Shown piece after piece: positions 39,497-54,200 of a DNA stretch of 64,000 nucleotides (the stretch's first letter is position 1; every line of letters begins with the position of its first letter). A program made the translations under genes and the position numbers. A model generated the notes under the pieces. It was given only the letters and a program-made list of their open reading frames with translations. It was not told where the DNA came from and did no database searches. The stretch comes from Octopus vulgaris (taxonomy: Eukaryota), in assembly GCA_951406725.2 (NCBI GenBank), contig OX597822.1:31744001-31808000 (forward strand), in the 5' to 3' direction.

Positions 39497-39900
39497 TACT
39501 CTTTTACTCTTTTACTTGTTTCAGTCATTTGACTGCGGCCATGCTGGAGCACTGCCTTTAGTCGAGCAAATCGACCCCGGGACTTATTCTTTGTAAGCCC
39601 AGTACTTATTCTATCGGTCTCTTTTTTGCCGAACCGCTAAGTAACGGGGACGTAAACACACCAGCATCGGTTGTCAAGCAATGCTAGGGGGACAAATACA
39701 GACACACAAACACACATATATATATATACATATATACGACAGGCTTCTTTCAGTTTCCGTCTACCAAATCCACTCACAAGGCATTGGTCGGCCCGGGGCT
39801 ATAGCAGAAGACACTTGCCCAAGAAGCCACGCAGTGGGACTGAACCCGGAACCATGTGGTCGGTTATCAAGCTACTTACCACACAGCCACTCCTGCGCTT
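39497..39900 (-). mobile_element. SINE family A, full length and little diverged
   Basis: Complete head, short internal (TA)(TG) tract and (GTAAAAGA)2 tail. Confidence 0.92.
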
Positions 39901-39962
39901 ATATATATATAATTCTATACATATATATTTAAATGTATCTCTCTCTCAATATGTGTGTATCG

Positions 39963-40190
<228 letters not shown>

Positions 40191-40464
40191 TTGGTCGGAC
40201 GGATGTATACATTTGTATAAATGTGAGTATCGAATATGTATTCATATACCTTCATATTTCATTTTTCCAATCATTTCTGCAAGGCAATATATAAAAGCAA
40301 AATATATTTATTTTCTCACCATTCGAAATAATGTTTACATCGCATATTCAAGTTTTGTGAAAACATGCAACCAGAAGCACATTGATTTATTATTTCTACA
40401 TTCAACTGCCGATGAAAAGTTCTTGGTTCTTCAGTATGAAAACGAAAATGAAGTCACTTTCAGA

Positions 40465-40940
40465 TTTAAGAAATGCTGACCCAAATGCAGATTGGTTAAT
40501 GCAATTGTCTTCCCAATAGCAACATATGGATGCGAGACCTGGACACTAAAGAAAGCTGACCAGAAGATAATTAATGCATTCGAGCTTTGGTGTTCGAGAA
40601 GACTTTTACGGATTCCATGGATAGCGAGGCTTACCAATGGAGAAGTTCTTAAGCAGATCAGGCCGAAAACGTCGCTAGAAGCTAGGATCACCAAGCATAG
40701 ATTGGCATATTTCGGTCATATTATGCGGAGAAAATCTCTGGAGAAGGACATCATGCTCGGAATAGCCAGTGGCAAGAGAGGAAGAAGCCGACCAAGAACC
40801 CGCTGGCTTGACACCATCAAGATTGATACCGGAATGGATAGAGCCAATATGAAAGAAGCGGCCCAGGATAGAACTGACTGGAGGACACTGATCCAACGAG
40901 TAACCGAGAGTCGACTTCGACTGAGCGGATAGATAGATAG
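40465..40940 (+). mobile_element. RTE (BovB-like) LINE, 5'-truncated; ORF C-terminus and short (GATA) tail
   Basis: ORF 40492-40932: VFPIATYGCETWTL..AFELWCSRRLLRIPW..YFGHIMR..LEKDIMLG..GKRGRSRPRTRWLD. Confidence 0.92.
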
Positions 40941-42149
40941 AACTAAACATTTGATAAATATGCATAGATACATGTTTAAATCTAATGCATGATTACTGCA
41001 TTTATGTTATCGATTCGTTACAGCTTTACTTACGTCAGTGCAAGAACTGTTTCAATTCGTTCATAAACAGAATTTTCAATGCTACTTCGGAATAACAATA
41101 ACAGATTTCCTTTAATTATAGTTCTTGTGTATGAAATGTGGATGCGTGTCCGTGTTTACGTGTGTTTGAGTGTGTGTATATGTACGAGTATATGTGTGTG
41201 TCTGTAAGCGTATGATTGTGTGCATATTTCGGTATTGGTGTGCGTCATTGTACGGGTGTCTGTGAATAATTCTTGTGGTACGTGTGTTTGAATATTTGGT
41301 GCCAACTGGACTTGTAGTTCATGAGACATTTCAACATAGCTGGCTATTAGTGGTATAAGAAGTTGACAATGTGCCAACATTAGCATTGCAGGCAGTAAGA
41401 CGAGTAACGTTGATTAATTATTCACTTAAATTAGATATAAAAGTATTGCAGATACTTATGCACACATACGTACACCATTCTTACTCGGAAGAGGCAGAAC
41501 ACGCAAACAGAATTTCCAAGAGATTCATATATGCGTACATCCAAAGATGAAAACCAACGCACGCACACACATGTGACAGACTAGGAGATCGGTAGGCTCA
41601 CTCATATATATATAAATGTGTACATACGTTCATACGCACGCACACCCACGCAAACATACATATATATAGAGATAGATATATATACACACTAGAGTCTGGA
41701 ATTGATCTCCGTTCGCTTAAAACCGAAGTAAATCCATAAATCTCTTCTGGAATATTCCATGAAATATTCAAAGAGAATTAAAGGACTTCAGGACTACAAC
41801 TATTGCCTGCTTGTGCAATAGGAACGATACGGAATATAAAGCTGAAAACAAACAAGCTTTATTTCAAAAAAATTTGTTATGGTAAGTTCATTAAAATTGC
41901 GGGAACATACACGGCTTCTATGAGATAATTTTGTTATCAGTATGTGATTAAATACACGCGCGAGCGCCTAAATACACACACAAACACACGCACACACGCA
42001 CACGCATGTATGTATACATTTATGAATGTACGTATATACGCATGAGCATATAAGCATAAGTCACTACATTTCTTTCTCTTCTTCCATATGTGCATAAGAA
42101 TATATATATACATATATATACTTATATATACATATATATATATACTTAT

Positions 42150-42228
<79 letters not shown>

Positions 42229-42698
42229 CACTAATAATGCACCCCGGCGTTGCTTAGTTGTTATGATCTACGGCCACATTGTATTATTTGTTCCTTTCAT
42301 ATGAGCAGAATCGGTACGCGATGAGTATGAAGCAAGCAATTCTTCTTTATAAACATGTCTTTCGGTCTTTTTTCTGATTAACAATGTTGCAGTTTCCGCC
42401 TCACAAAGTCAGTCACAAGTCTGTGGTTGCACTAGGTACGACGCAAAGAGACTGAACGTAGAACCCTGTGGTTGAGAAACAAACTTCTCAATCACGCAAT
42501 CATTCTTGCACATAATATGTCTGTGTCTTTATGTGTGTTTACATTTGCTTTTAAATCGAATATTGTGCCCCACTGTCCCAAGGTTAGCAGTTCATGAAGC
42601 AGATATCTATAAAATAAATGCCAGATTGAAATACGTACTGAGGTCAGTATAATAAATTGAATTTTTCAAGGTGATATCCTGTCATGGGGACACCCTGG

Positions 42699-42734
42699 TT
42701 TAATGGGTTTAATCTTGTGATTAAACCCATTAAA
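42699..42734. repeat. Short perfect hairpin with 16-bp arms
   Basis: TTTAATGGGTTTAATC-TTGT-GATTAAACCCATTAAA. Confidence 0.85.
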
Positions 42735-43822
42735 ATATTGCTTAAAAACTTAATGGCTTCAAATTTAAGGTAATTGATTACTAACCACAAGATTACACTA
42801 TATGTACATCTCAGTCTCAGTAAGAAAAACGTTCAGATTTCTTAAATTATTGTGCAAAATATTCTGAGAAAAAGTATTTTTTTCACCACAATAAAAACAC
42901 ACACGTATACACATGGGTCTATCTGTGGTAACTTGAGCAACTGCAAAGAGCAGGCAAATCTCTCTTAAAACACACCTTTTCATCAAAAGAAAAACATAAA
43001 TTTACAGTATTTCAAGAAAAAAACTATGCGATGGGTCTGTTACATCAGTGGCAACTCTGAACTAAACAAAACACAAACATTAAAAGATTATCTACTAATA
43101 ATACTAAAAAATTTGACGGTATTTCTTCGAAGTGCTATTCTTTATTTAATCTACATGCATTTTAAACATTTTCTCATTATGCTTTATCTAAGACATAAAA
43201 ATTGTTCACAGTTGCCTTCCTTAGCGAAAGACCTCAAAAGTGTGCGATACGCCCCATTTCCAAGGTTGTTTTTGTAGTAAAAAAGAGTTCTTGTGCAAAA
43301 AGCATACTTTTTTGATAGTTGAATGATTACTGAATGTTTTGATAGCTCATAGGTCAGTTTTCAAATCCATGAGGAACATACGCATATGCGCGCGGACACA
43401 CACACACACACTGTTTTATATGTTAAGATATATCTATATATAAGCAAACAAAATATAAAAACAAAACGAAAACATAAAAACAACAGAAGTCAGAAGGACT
43501 TATGTAGTGAAAGTATTAGAGTGAAGTTCAAAAATAGTTTTGGGTGGCTTTTCGTCAGAAAGAGGAAAGAGAAAAAGCAAGGGCGGGAAGTATGAAAAAG
43601 AAAAGTGAAAGTGTTGCAGACGAATTAAAGTGATTGTCTTCTCTCCTGGTGCTGTATGAACATTTGATGTGGTTTCAGAGTCCAGTTTTGGCTGCTATTT
43701 CTAGCGTGGCGGTATCTGTTAGATAACCTTAATTAAAATTTAAATAATTAATTATTACCTTTGAGGTTTTTATTCTCATGCTAGCCACCTGATAAGATCG
43801 GTATTTTAAATAACTATCTTAT

Positions 43823-43882
<60 letters not shown>

Positions 43883-44032
43883 GTCACTAAATACGACTAG
43901 GGTGTCAGATAACCTACATTGGTGAGAGCTAAAAAAGCAGTAACGCTGCAGTTAAAGCCCATAATTGTATATATATATATGTACTGACAGGGACCACTAT
44001 ATAGGTTTAATTCTTTAAAAAAGCGATAAACG

Positions 44033-44336
44033 TCGACCTTGTCAAGCCTAGCCAGGCTCATGGGCTCGGATTCCCGGTTTCTGTGGCGTATGTGTTCCCC
44101 CCATCTGGACGGGACGCCAGTCCATCGCAGCGTTACTCAAGAAACAGGAAGAGAGAGTGAGAGAAAGTTGTGGCGAAAGAGTACAACAGGGGTCGCCACC
44201 ACCCCCTGTCGGTGTCTCGTGGATCTTTTAGGTGTTTTCGCCCAATAAACACACGCAACGCCCGGTGTAGGAATCGAAACCGCATCCTTCTACCGCGAGT
44301 CCGCTGCCCTAACCAGCGGGCCATTGCGCCTCCACG
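44033..44336 (-). mobile_element. SINE family C (tail type 2)
   Basis: Same tRNA-like head as 11003; different 3' module ..GCTGCGATGGACTGGCGTCCCGTCCAG.. Confidence 0.85.
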
Positions 44337-46250
44337 TTTACTTCTTTAGCAATGATAAATTAATCGAGACATTACTTTGGCTCATGCAGTTAGATTTTAT
44401 TCTATATACCCTTGGTGTTTAGTAACTATGTAGAATGAGCGTACGTGATCATGAGGACAGACTAATTTCAATTGAAAATTTGGAACCATTGACGTGAACA
44501 AAAATATTTAACGTTAGATTTTTACTGCCATTCAAAGAGAAACACATATTGAAAATGCCAAAATAGTATATCAGTAAGTTGCAGAATTAATAAAGATTAC
44601 CTGAATTCATTTCCGTATTGTATCCGTCCAGGCCTTTTCTTTATATATAGAAGATTTATACTTAATGTATATGTTAAGAATATCTTTTTTGAGACGATGC
44701 ATGTAATAGATTCCAAGAGCAACAAATCCTTATTATAATTTAATGTATTGTAATTTAATACAATAAATCATTATGTTTAAAATATTTGTAATATCACATA
44801 GCAAAATACGTGTATCCAAATTGTTTTCGGTTGAGTATGCAATTTTAAACGTGGCGCCTATTTTTCAAAGCGAGGCTAGCATAAAATCGCAGCAATAGTT
44901 AAAATCTACTTGCATTTGAAGCAAACAGATGGCGTTTAAACTATTGAAATATGCGATTATTTGTCATTTATCTGCAAACAAAATCTCACTTTCCCCCAAA
45001 TTTATATGTTAACTCGAGAGATAAATACTCATTTTTGTTTTTTTCGTTTTTAAATTATCTCGCCTACTATTGTAGGGCTGCTAGCTATTTCTTCTTCCCA
45101 TTAAACATGAATTAATACAGAGTACGCAATCGCAAAACTCATTTACACAACAATCGTCGAAGTAAAACTTCATTTGCATTACATGTATAAAACAGAACTG
45201 GGTGTTAAAAACGCTTTGTGAAAATAGACATCATAAACGGATCTAAGCAAGTTATGGCAAGCGTTACCAGCAAGATACGCTGATTAATCTATAGTTATGT
45301 AGATTTTTGGCGTAGGTAGCAACATGAGGTTACAAAAGTGTTCTGAAATATTTCCGGCATTAATAAACATGAATACAATTTATCAATGCATCACTAGGAA
45401 TATAGAAATATTTACCTACATATTGCGAAAAGCATTTGTCTGAATACCCGATGAAATGATTAAATCAAAGTGTTTTCTATTCATAACTAGAAAAGGCATT
45501 TCAGAGAGTGATTTTCGTTCAAATGATCAGATTAAATTTCAACATTAAAAAATAAAAAGTCCCACCAAAAATCTGTTAGAAAAAAAAAAAAAAAATAGTT
45601 GCCCACTAATACTGATATTTACATGCCACACCTTATATATATATATATACATTTCTTCGTGGTAAGACCATAGCGGATCTATTTCTAGCATGAGGGTGTC
45701 CACATAGTGGTTTCCCTCTAATATGTATTTTAATTCAATTTTACTGAACCTTCAGTTTTTTTATATGCTAGACCACCGGTGTGAAATCGATGTTAATTAA
45801 ATTAGTATCTGATTTCTCACCCTCATTTTAAATTTATATATATATACACCCACGAAACCCCCCCACACACACACACACACATACAGAAAACACGCTCGCG
45901 CGCGCGAAGTGTGTTTCGGTATTTTATTTCAGTTTATAACTCTTTTGTGTTCTTGTTTTCAAATAAGTCTTGCTTTTGAAACTTTAGGATTGAGTCCCAG
46001 AGACATTTATCACAATATATGCGATATTTTAATTGCAGATATTCAAGTAAAGCAATGCTATCAACAGAAGAGTGTATTAGTTATTTTGATAATTTTATCT
46101 GCTAGTTTTAGCCCTGAGATCAGAACATAGTCACACACACAGACGCACACAGCACGCGCACAAAGATTATATATATATATGCTGGTGCCCCAGCATGGCC
46201 GCAGCCTTAGGGCTAAAACATTTTTAAGGATTTAAGGATATATATACATA

Positions 46251-46597
46251 GGACACTCCATCGGATACGACGACGAGGGTTCCAGTTGATCCGATAAACA
46301 GAATAACTTGCTCGTGAAATTAACATGCAAGTGGCTGAGCACTCCACAGACACGTGTACCATTAACGTAGGTCTCGGGGAGATTCAGCGTGATACAGTGT
46401 GTGACTATGCTGACCCTTTGACATGCCGGTACAACAGAAGCAGGAAGAAAGAGTGAGAGAAAGTTGTGGTGAAAGAGTACAGCATGGATCACCACCACCC
46501 CTACCGGAACTTCGTGGAGCTGTAGGTGGTTTCGTTCAATAAACACTCGCAACACCCTACAACTGCGAGTCCGCTACCATAATCACTGGGCCTCTAC
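46251..46597 (-). mobile_element. SINE family C (tail type 3)
   Basis: Partially deleted family C head and body; third 3' module ..GGAGTGCTCAGCCACTTGC..GGAACCCTCGTCGTCG. Confidence 0.8.
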
Positions 46598-46673
46598 ATA
46601 AACACACACACACATACACAAATACATATACACATACATATACATACATGCATACACACACACACACACACAT

Positions 46674-46704
<31 letters not shown>

Positions 46705-46852
46705 CATATATATAAATAAATCTATACCTTGGGTATGGTAGAACAGTTTAGCAACAATTTCGATTGAGATGAATATGGTACTTAAGTTGAGGCACCGGAA
46801 TTAAGTTCGGTTTTATCCGTACAATTTCAAAGTAAGACGATTAAAATTAAAG

Positions 46853-46891
46853 TAAGCAACAAGGATATCCAGAGGATATCCTTGTTGCTTA
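46853..46891. repeat. Hairpin with 18-bp arms
   Basis: TAAGCAACAAGGATATCC-AGA-GGATATCCTTGTTGCTTA. Confidence 0.9.
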
Positions 46892-46901
46892 TTTTGATTA
46901 T

Positions 46902-46972
<71 letters not shown>

Positions 46973-47354
46973 CACGCACACACATACACACACATATGTA
47001 TATATGTACGTATGTATGTATATAGAACAGACAATAGACAAATGGAACAAAAGGTGGGAGAATAAAAATGCACTCGAATTATAGAAGTAAAACTCGTGTG
47101 TAACTGGTGAAACTGCCTTAGAGAAGCAAAGTTTTCCTTTCAAAAATTATTGAAGCTCAGAATACCAGTTATAAAATAGACATGGATGTAGAATGATGTT
47201 ACCCAGAGGAGAATTTGTAACCAGACGTTTGATGAATGCGAAATTGTAAAGACTACCGCAGGGACGTATATTGGTTTACATATTATTTGAAGTCTGGTAT
47301 GGCTATCTGTCTGCCAGTGAGTCTGCTTTTAATCTCACCCTCTCTCCCTTGCTA

Positions 47355-47412
<58 letters not shown>

Positions 47413-47430
47413 ACACACACTCACTCTTCG

Positions 47431-47464
<34 letters not shown>

Positions 47465-47742
47465 GAGGAGTGGCTGAGTGGTAAATAACTACACCATCTG
47501 AATCCTAGAGTTATCCACTGCCATAGAGTCATCGGTACCTTCCACTTGTTGAGCTACGGTGCATTCTCACTCACTAAATATCTTGCACATATAAACTACG
47601 AATTCACAGCATCCATTCGTGGGTCTATCTACTGTATATATGTGTGTGCGCGTGTTTGCGTTTGTGCGAGCATGTATGTATGGATGCATATATATATATA
47701 CACACATATTTGTTTATATTTGTGTTTATATCGATCTGATTA

Positions 47743-47846
<104 letters not shown>

Positions 47847-48066
47847 TGTGTGTGTATATATATATATTTATCTACATGTATCTATGTGTATGTGTATGTA
47901 TATGTGTGTTCGAATGTGTGTACCCGTGTTATCTGATCCTTCAGTACTCCGAGTTTCCTGTTAATATCACGTTCGGTCAGGTTCGTGACAGAAACGGGAA
48001 ATCCACAGAAACGACAAATTGACGTTTCGTACTTTTTACTCTTTCTGTGTTAAATTCAAACGCATA

Positions 48067-48107
<41 letters not shown>

Positions 48108-48984
48108 GTGTGTGTGTGCGCTTGCATGTGTGTGTGTGTGTAGTATGCTCGTGTTGTATATACGTTCACGTATATAAAAATGGCGTTTTTAGACAAACCC
48201 ACGCGAAGTCCTATATGAACATGCTTGTTCTCTTTGTGAACGTTTTGTATCACACATATACATACATACTCACATGCATATATATATACACTCACACATA
48301 TAAACGCAAGAACACGCGTAGACCCACATACATATATACACCTACATATTTACACATAAATATACACCCCAACCCACAGATACATGCTAATACGTATAAT
48401 CTCATACTTGCAAAGAAAGCCACATGCAACCCATGAATAGCGCATTACAACATACACAGACACACACATGCATACGTACTCATGCTTTCTCTCCCTCTCC
48501 TACGTACTTATATATCTACGAGTACATCTTCAGAAAGTAACGTGGTTCCCATTTTTTTCCACTATACTTTCAAAGAGCAGAAGAAAACATTTAGCGGTCT
48601 CTCTGTGTTGTAAAATAAAACCAAAACAGAAAAAAAAAATATATATATATATATATGCATGTATGTGTGTGTGTGTATGTGTGTATGTATGTATGTATGT
48701 ATGTATGTATGTATGTATGTATGTATGTATGTATACGTATATATATATATATATATGTTGAAGGGAAAGAATCTCGCTAGTATGTTATTTCAGGAAATGA
48801 ATTTATCGGCAATTTAAAGAGAGTGAAAAACGAACGTTAAAAATATATAGACAAGTGATGAACCTTACATGTAATAAACATTAATAGTAATTGTTGAAAG
48901 ATTGCCTCTAACCTGGGGAAGTGTTGATGTTAATGGTGTGTTGAAAAGAGAGTTGAACAACACTGTATGTTTGCATCTGTTCAC

Positions 48985-49316
48985 CTATCTGTCTGTCTGT
49001 CGGATTGTTTGTCTGTATATCTGTCTGTCTCTCTATCTATATATCTGTTTGTCTAACTGATTGTCTATCTGTCCGTCTGTTTGTTTGTCTATCTATCTGT
49101 CTGTCTGTCTGTCTGTCTGTATATTTATCCATCCGTATATCTGTCTACTTAACTGTTTGTCTGTTTGATTGACAGTATATCTATCTATCCGTCTGTCTTT
49201 CTCTTTGTCTATCTAGCTATCTATCTTTCTATCTATCCATTTCTCTATCATCTCTCTAAAATCTATCTATCTGTATTTCTATGTATCTTTCTGACTGTCT
49301 ATCTATCTGTCTATCC

Positions 49317-49394
<78 letters not shown>

Positions 49395-49480
49395 GTCTCT
49401 CTATCCGTCTGTTTATCGGTCTATCTATCTATCTATCGATTGATCGAGCGATCTATCAATCTATTATTCTTCTATCTCTC
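48985..49480. repeat. Degenerate (TCTG)n/(TCTA)n array
   Basis: Read directly. Confidence 0.9.
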
Positions 49481-49676
49481 TTCATGCGTAGTAGACTTCT
49501 GTCATTCAAGGTTATACTTACAATCCACTAGAGCGTTTCTCTACCATTACCATCTACATAACTTTATTCACCATGTATAGGTCGACCTGAGACTATAGAA
49601 AATATCAGTGGAATCGGACCCAAGACCACGCAGTTGTAAAGCCAACCTATCAACAAATCGAACCCTTCGCCCTTAA

Positions 49677-49743
<67 letters not shown>

Positions 49744-49774
49744 AACACACACACAAATGCACACTCACGGTTAC

Positions 49775-49930
49775 ACAACGGCCTTCTGCACAGTTGTCGT
49801 CCACCAAATTTACTCACACGGCTCTGATCGTCTCCAGGCCGTATTGGAAGACACCGACGTAGCGATGCAGCCACGGATCCAGAAGCCACATTGTTTCAAA
49901 GATAACACATCTTAACCAAACAGACATGTC
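49775..49930 (-). mobile_element. Degenerate SINE family A, 5' half
   Basis: ACAACGGCCTTCT..CCACCAAATTTACTCAC..GAAGACAC..CTTAACCA. Confidence 0.65.
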
Positions 49931-50713
49931 TGTATTTATATTGTTAATTATTGCAATCTGTTCTTTCTTATTTATTGTAAAGTCTAGATTACTCCTAATG
50001 AGTTAACATATAATTTTATCGCAGTCTATCAGATCATGTAAAGCCAATTAAAGATTTTTTAAAAGTAGATTTCTGTTGTGGTTATATCATTATTCATTGT
50101 TTTACCTGAATAACTCGCATAGTTTATCATCAATTTTTATCATACTTTTAACACTATTGGTCTCAAAGGACGAATAGCGTAACTCCAGTTAACTTGCCGC
50201 CATTTTAGTATTATTTTGCTTTTAACTGGAAGTGTTGATGAAATTAAGAATTGTAATTTGATCTGGGTTGCCTGTGTGAGAAGAGATGTTGCTAAAACTG
50301 CTTTATTGAGACTTCTAAGAGTTCATATAATCAACGATGGACTAAAACTTTATATTGATAGCCGAAAAATATGTTAGCCATCTGCTGGAGCAATTATAAA
50401 ATCCGCATAGAGAGCGGCTTCTAAGCTAGTAAGCGATAAAGATGCGTTATGAAAGATTTATTTAGCTTACACGCATATTATATAGCCTGGTAAGTTCCAA
50501 CTGTTTCACATTGCAAAGCTAGAAAGGTATTCTGGCATTCTGGCATTGAAACGACTAGAATGATACATAATTCCATTATTTCTGCAGCATTTTGGTCGAT
50601 GAACTAAACGATCAATTATTAAATATGCATATTGCAGTCTGCAACTTTTGGCGTGTACCAGAATGTTTGAGAGTATAAGCTAACTCTGATAATGCATATA
50701 CATTCATCATGCT

Positions 50714-50761
<48 letters not shown>

Positions 50762-50990
50762 ATGTGTGACGTAACAGTTTAGAAAAAAGACCATTGGTCT
50801 CATATCTAGCGTGAACTAGACATCTCTTCAGTTTCTCTAAACGATGACTCTTCTCTGCAAAGAATGTTTTTTTTACAACACAAGAACGGTGGTGATAGTG
50901 GAAGAAATGTTCCTCTTTAAAAATTATGTCCGGCGAGTTTGTCTTCCTTCGCTTCTGTGTGTGTGTGTGTTATATGTTATATACATATAT

Positions 50991-51032
<42 letters not shown>

Positions 51033-51047
51033 CATATATATATATAA

Positions 51048-51121
<74 letters not shown>

Positions 51122-51200
51122 GTATATATCTATATATGTTATATATAAGTACATATAAGATACATATATATATACACACATGCATATATATAAACACACG

Positions 51201-51277
<77 letters not shown>

Positions 51278-51283
51278 ATATAT

Positions 51284-51375
51284 GTGACAATTACTCGGTA
51301 GCCGTGATAAAACTCCGAGTTTTGGATGTCGTGTAGGAACTCGGAGTTTTATCACAGCTACCGAATAATTGTCAC
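51284..51375. repeat. Fold-back palindrome with 38-bp arms and 2 mismatches
   Basis: GTGACAATTACTCGGTAGCCGTGATAAAACTCCGAGTT / AACTCGGAGTTTTATCACAGCTACCGAATAATTGTCAC. Confidence 0.92.
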
Positions 51376-52284
51376 GTATTGTATTTACAGATAAATTTCT
51401 CTATTTATATAATATCGAAGTCTCTTTCATTCTTTGGTTGTCTTGCCATTTCTATCAATATATTTATGCGCGTGCATGTGCACAAATTCAGAAATGGGTG
51501 TAAGCGAGTACGTTAACTTGATAATATATGGCTGCTCAAGATTTTGTCTAAGCTTGCCGAAAATAATGTACGTGCACAAAAATTACAATTTCATTTTGCG
51601 AAGATCGGGGGATTGAAGAACCTAAATTGTTTTCAGAACTGAAAAGAAAGCACTTTTTTCAGACTCACCTGTGCACGCACACAGTTATGATGCATGTGCG
51701 TGTGAATGAGTATATGTGTGTGTGTGTGAGAGAGAGTGTATGTGTTGTGTGTTGCGTATGTGTTTGTGTGTAGGTATGTGTATGTAGTTACACAAGTGGA
51801 AATATGCGCAAAGACACGAAGCAATTATTATTTCGTAGAAGATTGCTTGCTTGGATCGTCTCCTCATTTCTCTATCGGTTACTTTTGATGTTATTAGCTA
51901 GATACAGTTCCACTGAAGATAAAACCTCGGTTTCTCAGAGAAAGAGAATCCATCAAACATTGCTAGCAATACAAAGAAGAAAAACTAAAATGACGTGGGG
52001 CTAGGGCTTTGATCACGCAAATCTTCAAGGTTCTTAAATTTTGTTGAGATATCCTTTCTGGAGGGTTGTATTTATTTTGCTGACATTCGTTTTTATTATT
52101 TTTTTTATTTGTTTGTCGTTTATTTTTCTTTTAGATTGGTGATGTATGTTGTTTTTTTACTGTTGTTTTTGTCGCTGCTTTAATGTTGCGGTTGGTTTTT
52201 GCTGTTGTTATTTCACGTCAGATAATAGAAAAATTTGGTACAGATAACAAAAACCAAAATGAAGAATCTCTTAGATGAAAATTA

Positions 52285-52431
52285 TACATATATATATATA
52301 TATATATACATACATATATATGTATCCATGCATACATAAATATGTATACATACATATATAAGTATACATACATATATATGTATACATATATATGTATACA
52401 TACATATATATGTATACATACATACAAATAT

Positions 52432-52478
<47 letters not shown>

Positions 52479-52602
52479 CATACATATATACATATATATG
52501 TATATATATATATATATGTATATGTATATATATGTATGTATATGTATATATATGTATATATATATGTATATATATATGTATATATATATGTATATGTATA
52601 TA

Positions 52603-52680
<78 letters not shown>
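52285..52680. repeat. Compound (TA)n/(TACA)n microsatellite
   Basis: Read directly. Confidence 0.95.
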
Positions 52681-52681
<1 letters not shown>

Positions 52682-53666
52682 TTCTCTTACACATACCTGA
52701 AGAATGAAATCTAGAAAAAGATGTAAAAAGAGTGAAAAACCGAAACCGGGAGATATTGGCTACATGATTAGGAGAGAGGGAGAGTTAAAGAGAAATAATG
52801 CGATGGTGGGAAGGATTCAAAGATAAACAGAGGGAGGGAGAGAGAGAGTGGCAGAGACAGAGACAGAGTGACAGACAGGGTGATATACGTTTATCTATAT
52901 ATATATGTGTGTGTATGATTGAACCCTTATGAGTGCGCTTCTTTTATATATGCATTTTATACACACACATATGTGTGTGTGTGTGTGTGTGTGTGTATTT
53001 GTATAAATGTGTATGTATATGTATATATATGTGTGTGTGTGTATGTGTGTGTGTGTGTATATATATATATGAGGGATGTATAAATAGATAGATAGATATA
53101 CTCACACACGCGGGAGAACGAACACGTGCACACGTAGTCGCACGTACACAAATACACACATACACACAATTCACTGTATCCTGAAGAGGACGACAAAAAA
53201 GACTACCCCGCCATGACTGATCGCACGAATGAGTGTGCAGCTGGGTTTGCGTGTGCGTATGTTTCAGAGTATGTATGCATGTATGTAGCTATGTATGTGT
53301 ATGATTGTAAGTATGTCTGTATGCCTGTATGTTTGTATGTATGTATGTATGTATGTATGTACGGGCGTACCTACGTATGTATGCATGTGTATGTGTGTGT
53401 ATGTATGCATGTGTGTATGTATGTACGTATGTGAGTATGTATGTCATTCGGTTTCATTTCAAGATTCCTTGCCAAAAGCGAAAGAGCTGGTTTCTAACCT
53501 AGATCCAAGGCTCCTTCATTAACAAGGTTTGTATGCATGTATGTATATATGAATGTATACTTGGAAAAGGATGCGTGACGTTCGATCATATAATAATATA
53601 AATAATATATAAATACATGCATATATACATACATATATGTGCATACCTACCTATATATGTATATAT

Positions 53667-53971
53667 CACGTGATCACGTGACCGACCAGTCCATCAGATG
53701 TAGTTACACATCGTTGGTCACAATGCGTTCGCATTATTTTAGCCTTCGAATGACGCCACCCCGCTGGCAAAGCAAGCAGGCCAACAGAAGAAAGAGTGGA
53801 AGAAAGGGTGGTGAAAGAGTACAACAGGGATAACCACCCGCTGCCGGAGCCTCGTGGAGCTTTTAGGTGTTTTCGCTCAATAAACACTCACAACTCCCGG
53901 TCTGGGAATCGAAACCGCGATCCGACGACCGCGAGTCCGCTGCCCTAATCACTGGGCCATTACGCCTCCAC
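53667..53971 (-). mobile_element. SINE family C (tail type 1)
   Basis: Head GTGGAGGCGTAATGGCCCAGTGATTAGGGCAGCGGACTCGCGGTC..GGTTTCGATTCCC; tail homologous to 11150-11258. Confidence 0.88.
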
Positions 53972-53989
53972 ATATGTATATATACACAT

Positions 53990-54200
53990 GCATATATGGG
54001 TACAGGACATCAAAACAACGTTGAACACAATGAGAAACGAATACATAAAACAAAAACATAGAAAACGAAATTTTTTTCGAACAACGAAAAAAAAAGCAAA
54101 CACCAAAACAAGACATATAACATAAAGAATACTCCCCTTCTTCAGTTGTCCCTGTTTCATCTACACCGCGTTATGAAAGCAAGGACAAGATGCAACTTCG
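53990..54200 (-). mobile_element. Repeat family H1, longest copy, containing all three hammerhead-like strands
   Basis: Minus strand TTGCATC-TTGTCCTTG-CTTTC-ATAA-CGCGG-TGTAGATGAAA-CAGGGACAA-CTGAAGA-AGGGGA. Confidence 0.7.

Noticed and set aside
42230-42262. Isolated Helitron-end-like motif (also near 18535 and 3665)
   Set aside because: Too degenerate: no intact CTAG plus hairpin and no supporting internal sequence.
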